Origin: the human T2T-CHM13v2.0 reference genome, Homo sapiens | DNA length: 64,000 nucleotides | Assembly (NCBI RefSeq): GCF_009914755.1 | Contig: NC_060931.1 | Strand: one strand, 5' to 3' | Part shown: piece by piece, positions 55,612 to 64,000 of the stretch | Position numbering within the stretch: position 1 is the stretch's first letter | Layout: each line of letters opens with the position of its first letter | Program-made: the position numbers and the translations under genes | The notes under the pieces: model-generated | Database searches by the model: none | What the model was told of the DNA's origin: nothing | What the model saw: the letters and a program-made list of their open reading frames with translations, nothing else

Positions 55612-56015
55612 TGTATTAGTTTCCTATAGCTGCCATAACAAATTACCACAAACTGGATGGCTTAAAATCACAGAAATTTGTTCTCCCACAGTTCCAGAGG
55701 ACAGAAGTCTGAATTCAGTGTCCTGGAGCTGACATCAATATGTTGGCTGGGCAGCAATCCCTCCAGGGGCTTTAGGGAAGAAACTGTTCTTTGCCTCTTT
55801 CAGTTTCTGAGGGCTGTCAGCATTCCTAGGCTTGTGGCCACATCACTCCAGCCTTTGTCTTTGTCTTCACATTGACTTCTTTGTATGTACACATCAAATC
55901 TCCTGCTGTCTTCCTCTTATACATGGCATTTAAGGCTCTACACAAGATTACCCAAAATAATCTCCCAAACTCAAGATTCTTAATTGACTCTTCAAAGACC
56001 ATATTTTCTCCCAAA
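55612..56015 (-). mobile_element. MLT1C/D-like LTR, next to an older MLT1 fragment at about 55320-55600
   Basis: tgtattagtttcctatagctgccataacaaattaccacaaact. Confidence 0.75.
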
Positions 56016-56196
56016 TAACACGAGAATAAGAGCATGTTTATCTCGAGGCCATTAAAAAATTTACCTAAAGGGAAGCATGGCAAGAAGGAAAGAAAGGAAG
56101 CACACTAAACAAATAAAACAATCTACCATATACTCTATGGGTTAGCAAACATTTTCAGCTTTTAAGATGAGTCAACACTGGTATAGACAACCATTA

Positions 56197-56893
56197 TGAA
56201 ATGGGAGAGTTCCTTGGTTCCCCTCACAGGACGTGCAACAGAGGTGTGGCCCACCTGTTCTGTCACCCCACAGTTCAAACCCCTTGAGGAAGTGGGAGCT
56301 TGCAGACAGGCAGGTGCAGAGACTGGAGCAAGCTCTCCGGCTAGCGTCTAGGAGTGGGTGCCTGCGACCCCATTGTTACAAAGCTCTTTCAGCTTTGCCA
56401 TCTGTAGACAGTTTTTGTGTTAATCAGCTCAATGGACCCTCTGCCTTTTTGCAAGGACAGAGGGCAAGTGTGACAGGTTTCTGTGTCCCGAGCTCTTGTC
56501 CAGCTTCCCAGAAAAAATCGGGTCACATACGGACTCAAAGGCTAAATGTGAGGTTTTACTGAGTGGTGCAAGTGGCTTTCAGCTGGATGGGTGGGGAACT
56601 GGAAGGGGACGATGGAGTGGGAAGGCGATCCTCCCCACTGTTCTGCCACTCTGTTCCTCTGCTCTTCTTGATGTTCAGCCACTTGTATGTGTGACCGCTA
56701 AGGTCTCAGGTTTATATGGGCACAGGATGAGGGGTGTGGTTAGCCAGAATGGTCTTTGAAAATGCAACATGTGGACATGAAAACATGAGTGCCTATTCTC
56801 TCTTACGTCCGAGGGCACAGGCCCAAGGGTGGAGCCCTCACTAGTGACCCCACTCTTCTCTACCCAGCACTTCCCTGTCCGTCTCCTGTATCA
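56197..56893 (-). mobile_element. ERV1 solo LTR (LTR27/LTR28/MER52 group)
   Basis: tgaaatgggagagttcc...ctcctgtatca ends; 4-bp TSD ATTA. Confidence 0.82.
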
Positions 56894-57733
56894 ATTATAT
56901 GTGTGCCTTATCCTTAACTTTGGAATCTTTTAACATAACATAGATGGTCATCAGGTTGCTTGGTTTAGAAACAGCCTCCTTAGAAACACTCAACATTGGT
57001 CCTCTAATGTAATTCAGCATTGGTCCCCTAATGTAATTCTCAGTTCCCTAATTAGAAGATTTTTTGATTCATTTCCATTTTAATATAATTTTAACATTAT
57101 AATTGTAGCATTCAAGCCATATATTTTCGAAAGACTTGCAGTTTCATATAAATATTTTCTTTTGAAAAATGTGAATCATTTGTCTCTTTAACATTAAGTG
57201 TTAATAAGTGTTGAATGGTGCCAGAGCTCAAAGGTAGGACTGCTCAGTGAGATCTGGAAAAGTAATTGGAGGCTTCAAGAATGAGCCATTTGTGACTTAG
57301 AGCTCCAAGGGATTTAAAATTTGGAAATATATTTGAAAAAAACACAAAACAAATTAAAAAAACCCACATCACTTTGCTATTGCATGGGGAGTGCTTTAAT
57401 TTGTACGTATGAAAGCATTTTGTTTCTCTTGTATCTTACCAACATCCTCTAGGATAATGAAGGTGAGTTATTACTATCTTCGTTTTACAAATTAGGAAAC
57501 TGATATATAGCAAGATAAAATGAGTTCCCAATCTCATATTGAAGATTTTATAGTATAGTCAGTCCTAGTTATTATGATTATCAGTTAAGTATTTATTACG
57601 AAATCTGTTTGCTCAATATAAAGAAAATAACATGGAAGGCAGAGAATATCTGAATCCTTCCACTAATGGGATTTTTTTAAGAAATATAGAGGTTAGCAAA
57701 TGAAAAGCAAGAAGTGCATTTAAAATAGAAAAT

Positions 57734-58030
57734 ACCTGTAATCCCAGCACTTTGGGAGGCTGAGGCAGGCAGATCACCTGAGGTCAGGAGTTCAAGACCA
57801 ACCTGGCCAACATGACAAAACCCCATCTCTATGAAAAATACAAAAATTAGACAGGCATGGTAGTGTACACCTGTAGTCCCAGCTACTCCAGAGGCTGAGG
57901 CACAAGAATCACTCAAACCCAGGAGGTGGAGGTTGCAGTGAGCCGAGATCGTGCCACCGTACTCCAGCCTGGGCGACAGAGAGAGACTCCATCTCAAAAT
58001 AAAATAATAAAATAAATAAAATAATAAAAT
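57734..58030 (+). mobile_element. AluSx-like SINE, 5'-truncated
   Basis: Dimer with (taaaa)n tail. Confidence 0.92.
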
Positions 58031-59641
58031 TTTAAATTACAGATTAAGTTAAATAAAATTTATAGGTCAATAAATACTCAATTAGTCAACTTGGAAGTAC
58101 TATAAGGTGTTAGAAAACTATCTGAAAAAAATTTGTCTTGATTCATTTAAACTGTTAACTAATAGTCTTCAATTTTCCTCCGGCTCTGCAATTTTCTAGA
58201 AAAAAAAAACAGCCAAAAGATTAATGTTGTTAACATAATACATACCAACATTTTCTGTATTGGCTCTTACAGTAGAGATGAATTACAGCATATCTGGAGT
58301 CCATGTTTCTACCTCAGTGTTTAATTCCCATAAGGCTGGAAGAGGATGTTGTTGCTTGGCAATCATTCCCCACATAACTTGTAAATCTGCATGTCCTTGT
58401 CTTTGTCTTCATGTGAACTCAACAGAAAAATATGTATATACAACTTGTTCCATTTCACCTCCCAACCCCTGTACTACAGAAAATAGCAGGTGTTATATAT
58501 AACACTTGTGATGAGTTCACGGATGTAGTAAAGCAGAGAACTACAAACTCAAGGGACAGACAAATCATGACCTAATAATTCTGGATGCTTTTGGAGTTAA
58601 AATGTGGTTGACAGTGAGATTTAAAATTCAAAATGAAAGGTCTTTGATATAAAGTTCGATTAATCATTTTCATATAAAAATATTTTCCCCAAATTAACAG
58701 CTCTGTAAAATGATAATTTCCTCAAAAGCAGAAATAGGGCTCATTGTTATATTTATTCCTATTGCTTAATGTAGTGAAATGAATGAATAAAATAAAATAT
58801 AAACTTATCAGTGCTTAAATTGACTAAAAATGAATTTTATTCTAAATATGGAAATTGCATATTGTATGTTCAATTTTCAATGAGGCTGATAATTGCCCAA
58901 GTAGTCTTGATTTAATATCTATAATATTAATTTCAAAATTAGTAAAATATTAATGACTTTAAATTTAAATGATTTGATATTACTTTAAGCAAATAATTTT
59001 CTATTAAAACAAGTTAGTTTTTTCTTTTAATCCAAATAGAATTGCAGATTACTTGTTTCCAGGACAGATTAAATCCAGCCAAACCACCAGTTTAGCATAT
59101 GTGATACTGAAGTTTATAGCACTGTCTGAAAAGTGGCTTGGCATCATGAAGATAAACCTCCAACTCTATTCTGACAGTCTCTGTGAGGAAGAGGATTGAG
59201 ATGGTGTTTCAGGCCAAAAACTCTCAAATAAATCCACAATCACTTTTGCCTGGACTACTCAGATATTTATTATGGGGTGCTATCTTAAATTTTGTTTTCC
59301 ACATCTGTTCTTGGACAGTAAAATCCTAAAAGCTTAGGTTTTTCAGAAATCATAATGTGGTTATTTTTTAAATACGTTTTTGTAATGTTAGATCCATCTT
59401 ATTCTTCACTGCGTTTTTAGAAACGAAACCAAGAAAATATGGTTTCATTTAAATAATTCATGTAAAGGAAGGTCAAATATTTCACATAATAATAATTTAG
59501 GAATGTCAGATCTGCAATACCATTATAATTTTGTAAAATGATTATTTTTGAAAATGAAAGCCATTTCCTATAGTCTTTTATTTGGAACATCTATAATGTC
59601 ACTGTATCTTGGCCATATATGTCGTGAATATATGGCTATAA

Positions 59642-59969
<328 letters not shown>

Positions 59970-60258
59970 TACAATGTATTTTTTATATATACACACATAA
60001 CCATCAATATGTATACACATGTGCATCAATATGTGTAGTTTTATATATATATGTATATATATATTCAGCAAATAGATACATATTTAAAATCATTGAATTT
60101 TATATTTAAAAGAGATCTTGAAGTCAACTTCCATTTAGTAGAGAAATTGTCTGAGAAAAAAGATCATATAACACCAATTGAATAATGTGGGGAGTGAGGG
60201 AGAGAAATGAGTCTGGAATTATTCCCAGGAATTTGGCTTTTCCAACTGGATAAAAATA

Positions 60259-60580
60259 CAGTCATCCCTGGGTGTCCACTGGGGATTGGTTCTAGGAACC
60301 CCCCACACATACCAAACTCTGCCAGTGCTTGAGCCCTATATATAAAATGGTGTAATATTTGCAAATAAGCTATGCATATCCTCCCACATACTTTAAATCA
60401 CCTCTAGATTACTTACAATGGAATGCCTACACATCACTTTATTTGCATAGATTCAGCATAGTACTTGATGCACAGCAAATTCAAGTTTTTGGAGCTTTGT
60501 GGATTTTTTTCTCAAATATTTTTAATTTGTGGCTGGTTGAATTCACAGATGTGGAACTCAGAAATACAAAAGACCAACTG
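60259..60580. mobile_element. MER2 (MER2B-like) Tigger DNA transposon
   Basis: TA|cagtcatccc...ccaactg|TA ends; tactttaaatcacctctagattactta. Confidence 0.85.
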
Positions 60581-61312
60581 TACTCTACTCACTATGTATT
60601 TTTCATACGGGAGGGGATGAAAAAGGTGGAATGAAGGTGTAAGGTGATATTAAAGAATATTGAAGGCAAAATTAGAAATTTCTCTGGGACTAGCCTAGTT
60701 GTCTCTTTCTCTCTCTCACTCTCTTTCTTTCCGCTGCCAACAAAGCACATTAATTTCTCAAAGATCACATCTGATCTTTCCTGCATAAAATTCATTTTTG
60801 TACACCAAAAGTGTATTTTAAAATCTTGTCAGAATTGACAGATGATGAGATCACATCTGTGTTTATAGTGACCATCAGTAAATGCAAAACAGAATAGCAT
60901 AACTTCAATGCTGTGATGATTTTGTACACAGACCACTTAGACTCACTAGCTTAACTCACCAGAATTTAGAGAGTAGAACTAACATATGACATAAATAAGA
61001 GAAACTAGAAATACCGTTCTATAGATTCTTTTGTTTACTAGAGACCAACATTTGCTGTCTGGCATTTTAGAGCAGGGTTGATAACCAAAACTCTAAAAGC
61101 AAGTTTCAGAATTTAAAAATTCTGGTACCAGATGGACAGCTAAGAAATCCAATTGGCTGCAAATAAGAAATAATGAAGCACTCAACTTTTCAAAAAGTTT
61201 CAAGTTAAATGATCTAACCATGATATTGTATCTCTGTAAAGTTGCAAACAGAATAATAACCCCTCCAGGAAATTCTTTGAAAATCCAAGATTAACTGAAA
61301 ACATATAAATAC

Positions 61313-61461
61313 ATGAGTATGACTTAATCCCTGCACTCAACAATTTTATAGCCCAATGGGAGAAAAACAGATGAAGAAGATAAACACAAATAAACACTTC
61401 AAATATTGAAAAGTAAAATCAGAACAGAGAAAGCAGCAATTTTTGGGTGAAATTTCCCAAC
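61313..61461 (+). repeat. Local duplication B, copy 1
   Basis: Aligns with 62779-62921. Confidence 0.88.
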
Positions 61462-61961
61462 ATGCTGGCATCCTGTGTTGTAAGAAAGTCCAAAGGGGAT
61501 TTATCATGCAAATAAAAGAGAAAAATTATCTTGATTTGTCACCTTGTCTATTTATTTTTATTTATATATATAAATAATACTTATTTATTTTTTCTTGTCA
61601 CTTTGTTTATTTAAAATTTGATGCTAATGAAGGCAATTTTAAATCAGTAGTGCTTTACTAGTCCTCTGATCTCCCAAGGCACATTTTTATAGGCCATTTT
61701 ATAATTAACCAGATTTATAGTTAATTTTCCTAAGTTTGTGTACCTTTCTAAATCTAAAACTTTTTGAGGACAAGAATTACATGTTATTTTTCTCCACCTC
61801 AAAAGACTAGCACAGTATTTTGAATACAGTGTAAACTAAAATATTATTAAGGTATGTATTAAATCAATTTGTGTACTGATAACTTTAATATGAATCAAAA
61901 TGTCATTCTAACTTCATTCTGATGCAAATTACACAATTATTATTTCATCTAAACGAGTTAG

Positions 61962-62291
<330 letters not shown>

Positions 62292-62778
62292 TGATTTTTT
62301 GATTCAGATAATGAAAGAGCTATGATATAGTTGCATAAGTAGAAAAAATATTGGACTGCGGGTAGTTAGTACAACTCTTTCCTTTTGCTTTGAGATTAAA
62401 GATTAAGTGATTTTTCAACAGCACATCAATAATAAGATTCTAGATCCTTGTGCTCTATCTTTTAGGTTTCTGAAGACATATAATAGATTTTTTATAAGAA
62501 ATCAAATTTAAGTAAATAGAGACATGTTTGCCCAAATGATTTTTGCTTAGTAACATGAGTTTTATATCCAATATACTCTTGCCAGACTGAAGGCATTAAA
62601 ATAAAATGAATGGGATAAAGATAATTTTTTCTTTTAAAAGTAGGTTTCCATTTTAAATTTATTTCTAAGAAAGGCTTTTAGGAAGAAGTTGTTGGCAGTT
62701 GCCTCTTTTCTTCTTCAGTTTGAGAAATGAGAACATGGATACAAACTTTTTTATTTGAGTTAGAAGAAAGATGGAAAG

Positions 62779-62921
62779 ATGAATATGACTTAATCCCCAT
62801 TCTCAGTAATTTTATAGTCCAATGGGAAAGAAACCAAAAAATAGACACAAACAAACACTTCAGATATTGAAAAGCTAAATCAGAACAGAGAAAGAGACAA
62901 TTTTGGGGCAAAATTCCCAAC
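62779..62921 (+). repeat. Local duplication B, copy 2
   Basis: atgacttaatccc...aattttatag...aaacacttca.atattgaaaag...aaatcagaacagagaaag...ttcccaac is shared with copy 1. Confidence 0.88.
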
Positions 62922-62974
62922 TGAAAATTATATCCCTCTCATTGACAAAAAATATAAATAAAATCATATCCTCA

Positions 62975-63312
<338 letters not shown>

Positions 63313-63425
63313 TTATCTCAAATTCATGCATTCCTTTTCAACAAGAGTAATATTGTATTTCCTATAACTTTTCTCTCTTCCAGTGCACATTTCTCCTTAT
63401 TGATAGTTAAACCTCCATTTGTAGG

Positions 63426-63537
63426 TTTTTAAATTTTGTTTAATTTTTGGTCATGAAATAGTTTTATATCAACCAATTTTTATAGTTGAAATATGAAATA
63501 GTTTTCATGACCAAAAGTTAAACAAAATTTTTAAAAA
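63426..63537. repeat. Inverted repeat / hairpin
   Basis: 63431-63458 and 63503-63530 are reverse complements at 27 of 28 positions. Confidence 0.9.
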
Positions 63538-64000
63538 GTTTCATGGTCATGAAGTTTTTCTTTGGTTCTTGAAATAGTTCAATGTTATCTCTTGCTTGAG
63601 CCACTTAGTCTCTATTATCACAAATGTTATCCCTGTTATCCCCCCTTCCTCATAGGTTTAAAATAGCCGACCATCTGAAAGCTTTATCTTCTACTTGTGG
63701 AATCACTCTTCACGCTACCTCATTTATGAATGAATTCATGCAACTACTAGTCCTATGTTTAAATCATACTGAGAATGGTAGCTTGAGAATGGAGGAGTGT
63801 CTCTATCAATATCTATTGAGATGACTAAGTTTTACATGGGCAGTTATGTTGGCCAGTTTATAAAGTCGGTAAGTGTAACAATAGAGATTTTATCTAAAGA
63901 AGGTAATAGGAACAGAATTATCTTTGCCATGACATTCAAAGAAAATAGTTTTATTTTTATCTTCAGTATGTAGATGGAAAAGCATAACATTCACTAAATA

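Overview
Primate genomic DNA, very likely human because it carries an AluYa5 with its diagnostic bases. It is AT-rich and non-coding (intergenic or deep intronic), and I recognise no host protein-coding exon, RNA gene or CRISPR array. The ORFs I could assign are Alu, LTR12, MaLR or L1 read-throughs, and the only recognisable protein homology is a frameshifted L1 ORF2. The window holds about 34 Alu pieces, a 5'-truncated L1PA3-like element, several solo LTRs (THE1C, MER83-like, LTR47-like, LTR27/MER52-like, MLT1), an MSTA-type MaLR, and old L2/L3/MIR/MER DNA-transposon fragments. The most notable feature is four independent ERV9/LTR12 solo LTRs within 40 kb, each with its own 4-bp target-site duplication (TSD); one sits antisense inside L1 ORF2 and faces another LTR12C. 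Other observations are apparent gene conversion among three neighbouring Alus, a left-arm/left-arm Alu dimer with one TSD, two ~145-bp short-range duplications, a doubly truncated MSTA segment that may be an RNA-derived insertion, and a ~110-bp fold-back palindrome. Repeat subfamily names come from recalled consensus motifs, not from a search. I cannot name the locus, and I found no evidence of a new protein-coding system.
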